Below the pieces are notes generated by a model, which was given only the letters and a program-made list of their open reading frames with translations, searched no databases and had not been told where the DNA came from. From Lama guanicoe (lineage: Eukaryota): DNA of 64,000 bases. Each line of letters starts with the position of its first letter. Positions within the stretch are counted from its first letter, which is position 1. Location: assembly GCA_013239625.1 (NCBI GenBank), contig MU054001.1, forward strand, positions 5,815,078 through 5,879,077, given 5' to 3'. Of this stretch, positions 53,842-64,000 are shown one piece after another. The translations under genes and the position numbers were made by a program.

Positions 53842-54981
53842 TGTATTACTTAAAGTAAGATTTCATCTCCCCTGTGGGCGGCTGGGAGGCCACAGCAAAG
53901 ATGAACATGGCCGGATGTTAGTTAGAACAGGGAAAACAAGGTTTTATTCAATCACTCCTGCCAGTGGTGAAAGAGCTGAGCTCCATTCTGATTTGTGCAA
54001 GAGGGGATCTGGGCTTTTCAAAGGGCGAATGAGGGAGGAGGGAAAGCGGGGCCCCAGTAGCTCAGAGAAGTGAAACAGTAAAGAAGGCTGGTAAGTGTCA
54101 AGGCCATTAGGCCAGCTGTGTCTGCAGCCAGCGGGCGGTCCATCCTCCCAGAGAGACTGGGAGACCGGGGCCCTGCCCTTCCTGATGATATTTCAAAGGA
54201 ATGGTTCTCCGGTCCTTACAAGAGATGCTTCTGATTGTCCCCATTGCAGATGCCAGTCACAAGTCCAAACCTTTTGTACTTCTGATGGATTGGCTATAAT
54301 TCGGGGATTCTCAGGACCTCACCTTTGGGTTCAATAATTTGCTGCTAACATGGCTCAGAGAACTCAGAAATACTTTTACCAGTTTGTTATAAGGGATCTA
54401 ATAAAGGACACAGATGAACAGCCAGAGGAAAACATGCATAGGGTGAGGTCCAGAAGGGTCCATAGTGCAGGAACTTCTGTCCCCATGGACTCGGGTTGCA
54501 TCACCCTTCTGACACATGGGTGTGTTCACCAATCTGGAAGCCTCCTGAAGCCTGTGCTTTAGGGATTTTTGTGGTGGTTTCAATACATCGGTATAATTAA
54601 TTATTAACTCAATTTCCAGCCCCTCTCTCCTTCCCAGAGGATGGGGTAGGGCTGAAAGTTCCAAGCTTGGACCCATGGCTTGGTCCTTCTGGTGACCAGC
54701 CCCAAACCTGAAGCCCCCAGGCACTGGGGAGCTGGTCTCTAAAGTTTCTGACTCCACCTTGGCAGATTCTAGAAATATCTGGTGCCGTCATCGCATTAGC
54801 TGCAAAAGACACTCATTGCTCCAGAGACCCCAAAGGTCTTAAAAGTGACCAGAATCAAAGGTCACTTATTACAACAAAAGATGCTCCCAGCACCCGCAGC
54901 ACTTAGGAAATCGCAAGGGTTTTAGGAGCTCTGTGCCAGGAAATGGGGACAAAGACTAAACGTATTTCTTATCATACCACC
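53842..54981. mobile_element. Composite LTR region; 54235-54981 is MER21-like
   Basis: cagatgccagtcacaagtcc...tggctcagagaactcag...cagatgaacagccaga...ggggacaaagac recalled as MER21 features. Confidence 0.6.
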
Positions 54982-55001
54982 GCCCTTATTCTTTCTTGAA
55001 G

Positions 55002-55199
55002 ACCAACCGCAGCCGAGAGAGTAACGGGACCACTGCAAACCCAGGAGACATACTCGACAACCCCCAGCTGCCCTTTTACCAGCTGGTGTATGGCCTCAGT
55101 GCCCTGTTCTTGGTCTTCACAGGGATCCTGTTCTCATTGGCTTTCACCAAGGTCACGGTGAAGGCGTCCACGACATTGCACAACAACCTCCTCTGCAAG
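55002..55199 (+). CDS. ABCC11: ABCC11 coding exon 19 (198 nt), with two N-glycosylation sequons (NRS, NGT)
   Basis: [31 protein letters not shown]...[12 protein letters not shown]. Confidence 0.95.
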
Positions 55200-55779
55200 G
55201 TATGGGCCCGGGGAAGTGGGCGTGGCCACAGTCTGAGACCTGACCTTGCCCAACTTTTTTTTTTTTAAATTACTAGACAATTTTTGGGGGGAGCAGTTTC
55301 TGGTTTACAGAAAGTACAGAGATTTCTCACATCCCCCTCACCATGCCCACAGTTCCTCATATTATTAACACCTTGCATCAGTGTGGGGCATTTGTTACAA
55401 TTGATGAGCCAACATCGATCCGTTATTACTATCGACTGAAGTCCGTAGTTCACATGAAGTTTTGCTCTCTGTGTTGTACGTTCTGTGGGTTTTGACAAAT
55501 GCATACTGGCATGTGTCTGCCACTAAGTATCATACAGAATAGTTTCCCTCCACCTATTCACCCCTCTCTTCCCCAGAGCCCTGCCAACCACTGGTCTTTT
55601 TTGCTGTCTCCAGACGTTTGCCATGACACTTTATGACTCAAATAATTATCATTTATTAATAGTCACAATGCATCTTCCTCCTCCCTCCCTTTTCCTTTCA
55701 TTCTTTCCTTTACTTTTGGTCTTATGAGATACTATTAACCTTTATTCACTTTGTTTTGTGATATGGCTTAAGGACTACA

Positions 55780-55928
55780 CGGGGAGGAGGTGGGGGATAG
55801 CTCAGTGGTGGTAAAGCGTGTGCTTAGCAGGCACGAGGTCTTGGGTTCAATCCCCAGTATGTCCATTAAACCATAATAATAAATAGATAAACCTAATTAT
55901 CCTGTGCCCCCCAAAAATAAAAAAATAA
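55780..55928 (+). mobile_element. tRNA-derived SINE (Vic-1-like)
   Basis: A/B boxes; imperfect TSD ACTACA(C/T)GGGGA. Confidence 0.84.
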
Positions 55929-56513
55929 AGAACTACATGGGGAAATGAAAGTGGTCAGTTGGTCAGCAGGTCAGTGCCCTGAGTCTTTAAGAAATGCCTT
56001 CTGTAAAGAGCGTGGCTGTGCTGGGGGTTAAGGAAGTCTTGAGAGCCCTGGTCCTATTAGGGTTTTGCCATCAACTACTTGGGTGACCTTGAGCAATCAC
56101 TAAGCTGCTACCCCTTCTCTGGGCTTCAGTTTCTTCATCTGTAAAATGAGAAGGATGAACTGGATTGTTGTTAGCCCTGTTCTAGTATGAAATGCTCTTT
56201 GATCTCCAAAGGGCCTCATATTCACTGCTTTTAGTCAGGTTGGGATGCCATTTTCAGGAAGGGACAGTCAAGGTTAAAATCTACCCAAGGTTCCGTCTTC
56301 TGCAATCGCAGTGGAATTGCTGCTGCTAATCTTTGATGATGCTGAGTGAAAATGGTCCCATCTGTAGAAAAAAGTAAGAGTTGGTTATTAATGGAACACT
56401 TACCAGGAGGCAGGTACTGTTCTGAACACTTTCAATGTATTATGCCTTTCTTCCTTTTTAAAATAATAGCTTTATTGAGATATAATTCACATACCATGAA
56501 ATGCACCCTTTTA

Positions 56514-57794
56514 TTTTATCTTATTTTTATTTTTTACTGTATTGAGTTATAGTCAGTTTACAATGTTGTGTAAATTACCAGTGTAGAGCACAATTTTTCA
56601 GTCATACATTAATATACGTATATTCATTTTCACATTCTTTTTCACCATGAGCTACCACAAAATCTTTTTTTTAACATTTTTTATTGATTTATAATCATTT
56701 TACAATGTTGTGTCAAATTCTAGTGTTCAGCACAATTTTTCAGTCATTCATGGACATATACACACTCATTGTCACATTTTTTTCTCTGTGAGTTACCATA
56801 ACGTTTTGTGTAAATTTCCCTGTGCTATACAGTATAATCTTGTTTATCTATTCTACAATTTTGAAATCCCAGTCTATCCCTTCCCATCCTCCGCCCCCCT
56901 GGCAACCACAAGTCTGTATTCTCTGTCTATGAGTCTATTTCTGTCCTGTATTTATGCTTTGTTTTTGTTTGTTTGTTGGTTTGTTTTTTAGATTCCACAT
57001 ATGAGCGATCTCATATGGTATTTTTCTTTCTCTTTCTGGTTTACTTCGCTTAGAATGACATTCTCCAGGAGCATCCATGTTGCTGCAAATGGCGTTATGT
57101 TGTCAGTTTTTATGGCTGAGTAGTATTCCATTATATAAATATACCACCTCTTCTTTATCTAGTCATTCGTTGATGGACATTTAGGCTGTTTCCATGTTTT
57201 GGCTATTGTAAATAGTGCTTCTATGAACATTGGGGTGCAGGTGTCATCCTGAAGTAGATTTCCTTCTGGATACAAGCCCAGGAGTGGGATTCCTGGGTCA
57301 TACAGTAAGTCTATTCCTAGTCTTTTGAGGAATCGCCACACTGTTTTCCATAGTGGCTGCACCAAACTGCATTCCCACCAGCAGTGTAGGCGGGTTCCCC
57401 TTTCTCCACAGCCTCTCCAGCATTTGTCATTTGTGGATTTTTGAATGACGGCCATTCTGACTGGTGTGAGGTGATACCTCATTGTAGTTTTGATTTGCGT
57501 TTCTCAAATTAGTGATACTTAGTGATAATTAGTGATACTGAGCATTTTTTCATGTGCTTATTAATCATTTGTATGTCTTCTTTGGAGAATTGCTTGTTTA
57601 CGTATTCTGCCCATTTTTGGATTGGCTTGTTTGTTTTTTTCTTAATCCAGCACCTTAGACCACTTGGCCACGCTACCCAGATTGTTTGTTTTTTTCTTAT
57701 TAAGTCGTATGAGCTACCGATATATTCTGGAGGTCAAGCCTTTGTCAGTTTCAACTTTTGCAAATATTTTCTCCCATTCCATAGGTTGTCGTGT
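56514..57794 (-). mobile_element. Young L1 3' fragment (ORF2 C-terminus, double 3' tail)
   Basis: ORF 57159-57482 [38 protein letters not shown] is the L1 ORF2 Cys-rich domain; TSD ACCCTTTTA (56505-56513/57795-57803). Confidence 0.92.
57641..57677 (-). pseudogene. Tail-less retrocopy of the 5' half of tRNA-Leu(AAG)
   Basis: Minus strand GGTAGCGTGGCCAAGTGGTCTAAGGTGCTGGATTAAG matches the recalled mammalian tRNA-Leu-AAG 5' half with 3 CpG-type transitions; flanked by an 18-bp direct repeat. Confidence 0.88.
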
Positions 57795-58155
57795 ACCCTT
57801 TTAAACTGTACAACTCGGAAGGCCTTTAGTATATGGACAAAGTTGTGCAGTCTTCATCCCAACACTGAAGCATCGTTATCATCCCCATTTTGCAAGTGAG
57901 GACACTGAGACTCAGAAGGGTTAAGTAACTTGCCCACCATCACACAGCAGTTGGTGGAAGAGCTGGGCATCACTGGAGCCCTGACAAATTGTCTCCAGAG
58001 CCCATTTTTAACCATTTTTCTACATAGCCTTCCCTGGACACCCTTTAGGCTGCAGCCTGTACCTCTTCAGAGCCTAAAGGTACCTGGCATCTTCATCAAG
58101 TCCTGAGCAAGGCCTGCGGCTAGTGTCATAATCTGGGGTGCTTTTGTCCCTGCAG

Positions 58156-58382
58156 GTGTTCCGCTGCCCCATGAGTTTCTTTGACACCACCCCGATAGGC
58201 CGGCTCCTGAACTGCTTTTCAGGGGACTTGGATGAGCTGGACCAGTTCTTGCCCACTGTCGCTGAACAGGTCCTGCTCCTGCTCTTGGTGGTGGTCTTCA
58301 TCCTGCTGATGATCAGTGTGCTGTCCCCCTATATCCTGCTGATGGGAATCGCATTACTTACTGTTGGCCTCATTTACTGCAG
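58156..58382 (+). CDS. ABCC11: ABCC11 coding exon 20 (227 nt)
   Basis: [33 protein letters not shown]...LIYC(R); ABCC FFDTTPxGR motif. Confidence 0.96.
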
Positions 58383-58506
58383 GTGAGTGGTTTCTTTTTG
58401 CTTGGGAACAAGGTTTGTGACTTCAGGTGCGAGTCTGGGACTAACCTAGAATCGGATGGTCCCAGAGGCTGATGGCCCAGGTCACTCACCCCCATTCTTG
58501 CTGCAG

Positions 58507-58644
58507 GGTGTTAAAGAGGGCCAGCAATGTGTTCAGGAGACTGGGGAACTACAGCCGCTCCCCTTTATTTTCCCACATCCTCACCTCTCTGCACGGCCTG
58601 AGCTCCATCCATGTCTATGGAAAAACTGAGAACTTCATCAATGA
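58507..58644 (+). CDS. ABCC11: ABCC11 coding exon 21 (138 nt)
   Basis: [45 protein letters not shown](E); manual translation; |gtgagt. Confidence 0.95.
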
Positions 58645-59864
58645 GTGAGTCCTTCTGCTGCCACCTGAGGGTGATGCGGACTGTGGGGCGGTGGGGAGCA
58701 GGAAGGTAGGAAACAGAGCATCTGAGAATAGCACCATCTTCAGAAGAATCAGAGAGAACATTGCTTTATTCCATTTATTTCTCTGAGTCTTCAGAACCTC
58801 ATCTGGAAGATGATGCTGTAAGAATAAGAAAAATGTAAGTGATATTTGTAAGTGAAAAATGTTTGTCAGCCTTAATGACCTGTGGCTGTTATATACATTT
58901 ATTCATGTAATTAATAGTAAGGTGCGTTACTGGCTTAGCACTTATTGCATTGCTTTTTTTTTTTTGCTCTTTCACTTCCGAACAGGTATCTAGTTATAAT
59001 AAAATAATAAAAGAACAATAGCTTTCTAAATAACAAAATTTCCTTCACTATTCACACATTAGATTTGCCTTCTACATGTTTGTTGAAACAAGCAAACAGA
59101 CCCTATGATTGTTGCTTAACTATGTAAAGATCAGTCAAACCTGGTCTGTACTGAACTACAAGAAGTTCACGGTCTAATGGAAGACAGGAGACACAGACAC
59201 ATATTTTGTAATAAGACATGGTTGAATATGATAGACAGCTTAGGAGAGGAGCAGATAAGATGCCAGGGAGTTCAGATGGGAAAGAGAGGATCTGCAGCTG
59301 TGAGGATGAGGGAAGGCTTTGGGGAGAAGGTGGCATCTGAGCTGATCTCAAAGCCTGGTAAGATTAGGGCATGGGAGATGGTGTGGGCTCAGTTAACTGG
59401 AATATTGGATGCACTGTGGTACCAGCTCTCCCAATGACATTGGAAAGACACTAGGACCAAGGGGATACTGGAGCGATGCATTCCTTCAGTCAACACTGAG
59501 AACCTACCAGGTGCTCAGCACCCACTGGGGACACAGTGGTGAGCAAGACAGACACAGGGTGAGTGGGCGCTGGGAAGGGGGCGCTTCCCTTCACTCACTC
59601 ACGAATTCCGGCATTTATTCACTCGCATTGGCCCAAGTTTTCCATCCTGAACTAACCATCAAGGCCAAAGTCAGAGCCCTCTCCTAGATCTGGGGTCATG
59701 GCTGAGAATGGGGTAGTGAGGATTCCCTTCCCCCTCCACTCCCCAAATTTTGTTTGTTGTCCTTTTTGGTGAGAGTTGGGGAGCTAGATGCTGGAGGAAG
59801 CTCCCTTGGGAAGCCCTGGGTTAGACAGACATGTATGGTTTTCGGGTTGTCCTTTCTTTCTCAG

Positions 59865-60051
59865 GTTTAAACGGCTGACGGATACAGAGAATAACTACCT
59901 GCTGATGTTCCTGTCTTCCACGCGATGGATATCACTGAGGCTGGAGCTCATGACCAATCTGATGACCTTGGTCGTGGCCTTCTTCATAGTCTTCGGCATT
60001 TCCTCTGCCCCCTATTCCTACAAAGCCATGGCTATCAGCCTCGTCCTGCGG
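59865..60051 (+). CDS. ABCC11: ABCC11 coding exon 22 (187 nt); remaining exons lie beyond the window
   Basis: [31 protein letters not shown]...AISLVLR; |gtgagg; no NBD2 exons found in 60052-64000. Confidence 0.95.
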
Positions 60052-63000
60052 GTGAGGGAGGGACTTTCAGACGGCGGGGGCGTGGGCAGACTTAGGGGCC
60101 GTGGGACTTTGATTACATCTTGGGTTTTGGGCATTTGTGATCTTATGAACAATCTGCTGCTTGGTTCTGTTTCCTTACCACCTCTGAACTGGGAAGTCTG
60201 TATTTAAAGCTATCGAATGGAATCATAGAATATTGGGATTGAAAGGGCACCCACAGGCAACAGACTCCAACCCTTCTATTGTGCAGACGGGGATACTGAG
60301 GCTCAGAGGGGAAGGAGTTGTCTGGATGGACAGAGCGTTAGGAGCAGGGCCAGGGCAAGACCCCTGACCTCTTGGTTTCCTGTGTGGTTTCTTTTTACTG
60401 TACTATTCAGACTCTGATTCAGTTGTCAGACTTTTTTGAGTTATCTGGGAAGGTGGTTAAAAATGTCGGTTTCCAGCCCTCCCTTGGAGCAGGGCCTCTT
60501 AGGCTTCAACGTGCACAGACTTGAAGCGGGGTGCTTGCTCCAGCCCGGCAGGCTGAGCAGCCGGGCCCTGGAGTGGGGCCGACATCCCGTCCTCCAGTGG
60601 GATTCGGAGTCAGGTCCTGGGCGGGCGGGGTCTTGGACTCTAAATTTAAAAATGGGTTCTCGAGGGGACCGTGATGTAGCAGTTGGGTGCCCCACGTCCT
60701 GAGCTCCTCCTCGCCCGCTGCAGTGGGGCCAGGGGTCACGTTCCCAGAGTCCTGGGGAAGGGCTGTGAGGCCAGAGGTCGGCCTAGCGTCCTCCCTGGGG
60801 ACCCTGGCACACCAGCTCCCAGGCACCCCGTCCCTGGGTGGACTCATGTACCATCCTCTCTGTACCTGGGCAGCCTTCTCTCTAACTGGGTCAGGTCTCG
60901 TGAGCCCTACTAGGAGGCGTCCTTTTGGATGCAGAGGGGGTCCCTCCCGCTCCTCGTGGAGCCCTGCAGCAGACAGGCCTTTGCACACATACACAGTGCT
61001 GTGCCCACACGTCCACACCTGTGCGCAGACCCTCCTGCAGGTGGCCGTGCAGGGCTCACGCCCAGAGACAGTCACCCCGTCCCATAACCAGGGCGCTGAC
61101 CCGGGGCTGGCGCTCGCTGTGCTTTCTTCCACTGAACTCTCCCCACGTTCCATGGGATGCAGCCAAGTGGTTAGGAATGTGTGGTTTGGAACATGTGGGT
61201 TCACATGAGGCTCTGTCCGTGATTAGCTGTGTGACTCTGGGACAAGTCTGTCACCCTCCGTTTGCCTGGGATTCTTCTGCTGTAAAAGGGAAATAATAGA
61301 AGTTCTGAAATTACAGCTCTGTGAGGAATGTGTGAATGGGAGGATCTGTGCATGTCACACACCCGGAAGAGTGCTTGGCCCAGAATACATGCTGGATAAA
61401 CATTTGCTATGACTGTTCCCAGCTTCCAGATAGGAAACCAGAGCTTCCAGGGTGAGATAACGTGACTGCATTCCCACAGCTGGTGAGAGCAGGTTTGTCC
61501 ACGGTAGGACATGCTCTCCTCTCTCCCTTTCTCCCTCTCTCTGACACACACACACATGTACATGAACACACGCACACACACGAACACACACGCCCACATA
61601 TGCCTCTGTGCAGAGTTGCCCTGAGACTTCCAGAACTCTGGGCTCTGGGGACAGGCTCCCAACTCAAGTCCTGGGGGATGTGGAGTGACCGAGGCCAGAG
61701 ACGCTCCCTGGCGGCCGTACCCCTTGGCAGGTTGGCCGGTGCTGGTGCAGGACGGGCGGAGCCTCAGCTCTGCCAGGCGCACACAGGCACAGACACTCAA
61801 GGACACCAGGGGGAGCTCTGCCTGGGGACCTGATGGCTTCAGAATGGCCCCAGGTTCGTCCTTTCTCCTTAGCGTCTGCTGCCCTGTCGCACCTCCATCC
61901 CAGGCAACAGCCTCTCACCCTTCCTGCCTCACCCCACCCCCCAAACCCTTTCCATCCACCTTTACACTCTCTCCAGAGGGCTCTTTACTTCTGTTTCCCT
62001 CACATCACTGCCTTGGTTAGAACCTCCAAAGACTCCATGTCCCCTTATGCACCAAACCTTAGCCAGGACCTGCCTTCCGGGCCCTCAGATCTGGCCCCAG
62101 ACCCCACATGCGCTCTCTCCTCTGCTCAGGCTGGTACCTCTCTGACTTCTGCAAGCACTCTTGAGAAAATTACGTTCAGGCTTTGGGAGGCAGGAATCAC
62201 ACACCTTGTTGCTGGCCTAAGAGATTTCTCAGTAAATACTAGACACGCTCCTGGTTCAAGCCAAAGCAAGCTACAGAACCAGTTCAAAATGGCCTGGACC
62301 GCCTGGGAACTTATTATCTGATGTGACCAGAAGGCTGGGGTAAGGCTGTTCTCTGTTGGCTGATTCAGTGGCCTAGCAGGAACCCGTGATTGCTTTATCG
62401 TTCTGGTCTGGCACCTACACCTGACTTTGTCCTCCGGAGTGTCCACTCAAGTTCACAAAATGGCGGCTGCAGCCCCAAGCAACACATCCCCACCCAAAAC
62501 TGCCACAGTCTGGAGACAAGATCACTTTTCCCACGTGCCCCCGTGTAAGAACTAGGAGTAGTTTCCTGGCATACTCCCAGCTGAGTCTTCCTCTTGCTTC
62601 ATTGCTCAGGATTGTGTCATGGCTCACTCCTAAACGAGTCGCTGGCTTAACAGGATTGGTTTGGAATAACCCAAGCCACTTAGGGGCTCCAGGCTGCCAA
62701 ACATCTGAGCACAAGCAAGGAAGAGAGACAGGACCAGCTGTTAATAGACAGCCGGCTCTGTCTGATGTCCTGACTGGAGGAAAGGCAGCCTCCCAACGCA
62801 CCCCGGCCTCCTTCCCCAGCTCAGTGTCGTTTCATGATGGTGGCCGCCTTCTTTGACTTATACAGGCTTTCCCTCCCTGGCCTGTCCTTACCCTTTGCTT
62901 CAGCCACAGCGAGATGGCCTGTGGGACCGTGCACGTATGTGGCCATGTTGCTTCTGTCAGGACTTTGTCCCTCTTTTAGGACAAAACATCCCTCTCCACA

Positions 63001-63459
63001 GGTGTTTGGTTGGCTAAATCCCACCTCTCCTTAGAAATGTAGCTCCAGTGCCAACTCCTCCAGGAAGCCTTCCTTGTGGCCCTCATCTGGTGACTGTCCC
63101 ATGGCCACAGTGGAGCAGTGGGCTGACTCTGTTGTGGAGTGCCTCCCTCTGTGCTGCTGTTCTCTGGTGACCTGTCTGTCTCCGCATCTGACTGGGCGTT
63201 CCCTGAGGGCAGGGCCTGTGTCTGCGGCACTTGAAGCGTGGAGCCTGGTTTAGCACCTTTGTCCAAGTTTGTTGACTGAATGTATGATGGAGTTGTTGCC
63301 CAGCACCTTCTGCATGGCCTGGGGGCACAGAGCGTAAAGACTGGGCCCCCAATCCCAGCTCTGCCTCAAGCTTCCGGGTGATTCTGTAGGTATCATTTCC
63401 TCTATTTGGGCCTCAGTTTCCTCAGTTTGGTGCCTCCAATTCCCAAGAATCCCTGAGAT

Positions 63460-63960
63460 CCCTCTTAGCCTGGGTTTCCCTGAAGGCTGAGCCTGAGACA
63501 AAGACTCGGATGCAGACAGATTATTTGCAAGATACTCCCAGGAAACAGGACCGAGGGAGCAGGAGCGTGAGACAGGGAAGGAGCAAGTGCACTGTGAGGG
63601 TGTGTCACTGAGGTCACTGTCCTAGGTCACCAGCCTCAACTCTACCCAGATCTCCTGAGAAGCTATGGAATGCTCCCAGGATTGTCCCCTGAAGTCTGAG
63701 AGACAGGAGCCTTTATCTACCAGCTCCTTTTCCATTAGCTGAGGGTTGCTCCCAAGGGCCAGAGCTCCCGTGTCTCTGGGCTGCACTGCACATGGGCTGA
63801 GTGGGCTTCCGTGGTGTGGACAAAGGTTTTGAGCGGAAAGCAGAGGGTACACGAGCTGGAACAGTATCAGTGGGATTCTCGCCTGTGACTGCCCACCACA
63901 GCTGCAACTAAACTCAAAAGTGGACTCAGGGGGCACCAGAAGTGTGTGCTCCATCCCCAT
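63460..63960 (-). mobile_element. LTR33/LTR16-like ERVL LTR
   Basis: gggtttccctgaaggctgagcctgagacaaagactcggatgc...ttattt recalled motif. Confidence 0.5.
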
Positions 63961-64000
63961 CAGGGAAACTGTCTTGGTTTGAGGAACTGTTCGGGGGAAC

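Noticed and set aside
57159..57482. 107-aa Cys/Trp-rich ORF
   Set aside because: It is the C-terminal remnant of L1 ORF2, not a host gene.
60506..61204. Longest ORF in the track (232 aa, minus), plus neighbours at 60687-61208 and 61201-61806
   Set aside because: No recognisable domain; GC-rich or CA-repeat sequence depleted of stop codons, with overlapping ORFs in several frames.

Overview
Mammalian genomic DNA containing two head-to-head genes. It is very probably camelid, inferred from about 12 copies of a tRNA-derived SINE resembling Vic-1. On the minus strand are the CpG-island promoter and first two coding exons of LONP2 (peroxisomal Lon protease). On the plus strand are 22 consecutive coding exons of ABCC11/MRP8 (16817-60051). 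They splice at GT-AG sites into one uninterrupted 3249-nt frame (1083 codons: TMD1, NBD1, most of TMD2), and the gene continues past the window end. The rest is intron or intergenic DNA rich in SINEs, L1/L2/MIR fragments, solo LTRs and old DNA transposons; nearly all other ORFs in the track are spurious. I found no new multi-gene system. The most notable observations are: (1) the LONP2 exon 2 donor reads AT instead of GT; (2) a tail-less 5'-half tRNA-Leu(AAG) retrocopy with a perfect 18-bp target-site duplication (TSD), at the core of a four-level nested insertion; (3) strong plus-strand splice donors inside LONP2 intron 1 that may mark an overlapping upstream ABCC11 exon; (4) an intact but locally divergent ABCC11. 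Comparisons to human proteins and all repeat family names are from memory, and repeat boundaries are approximate.
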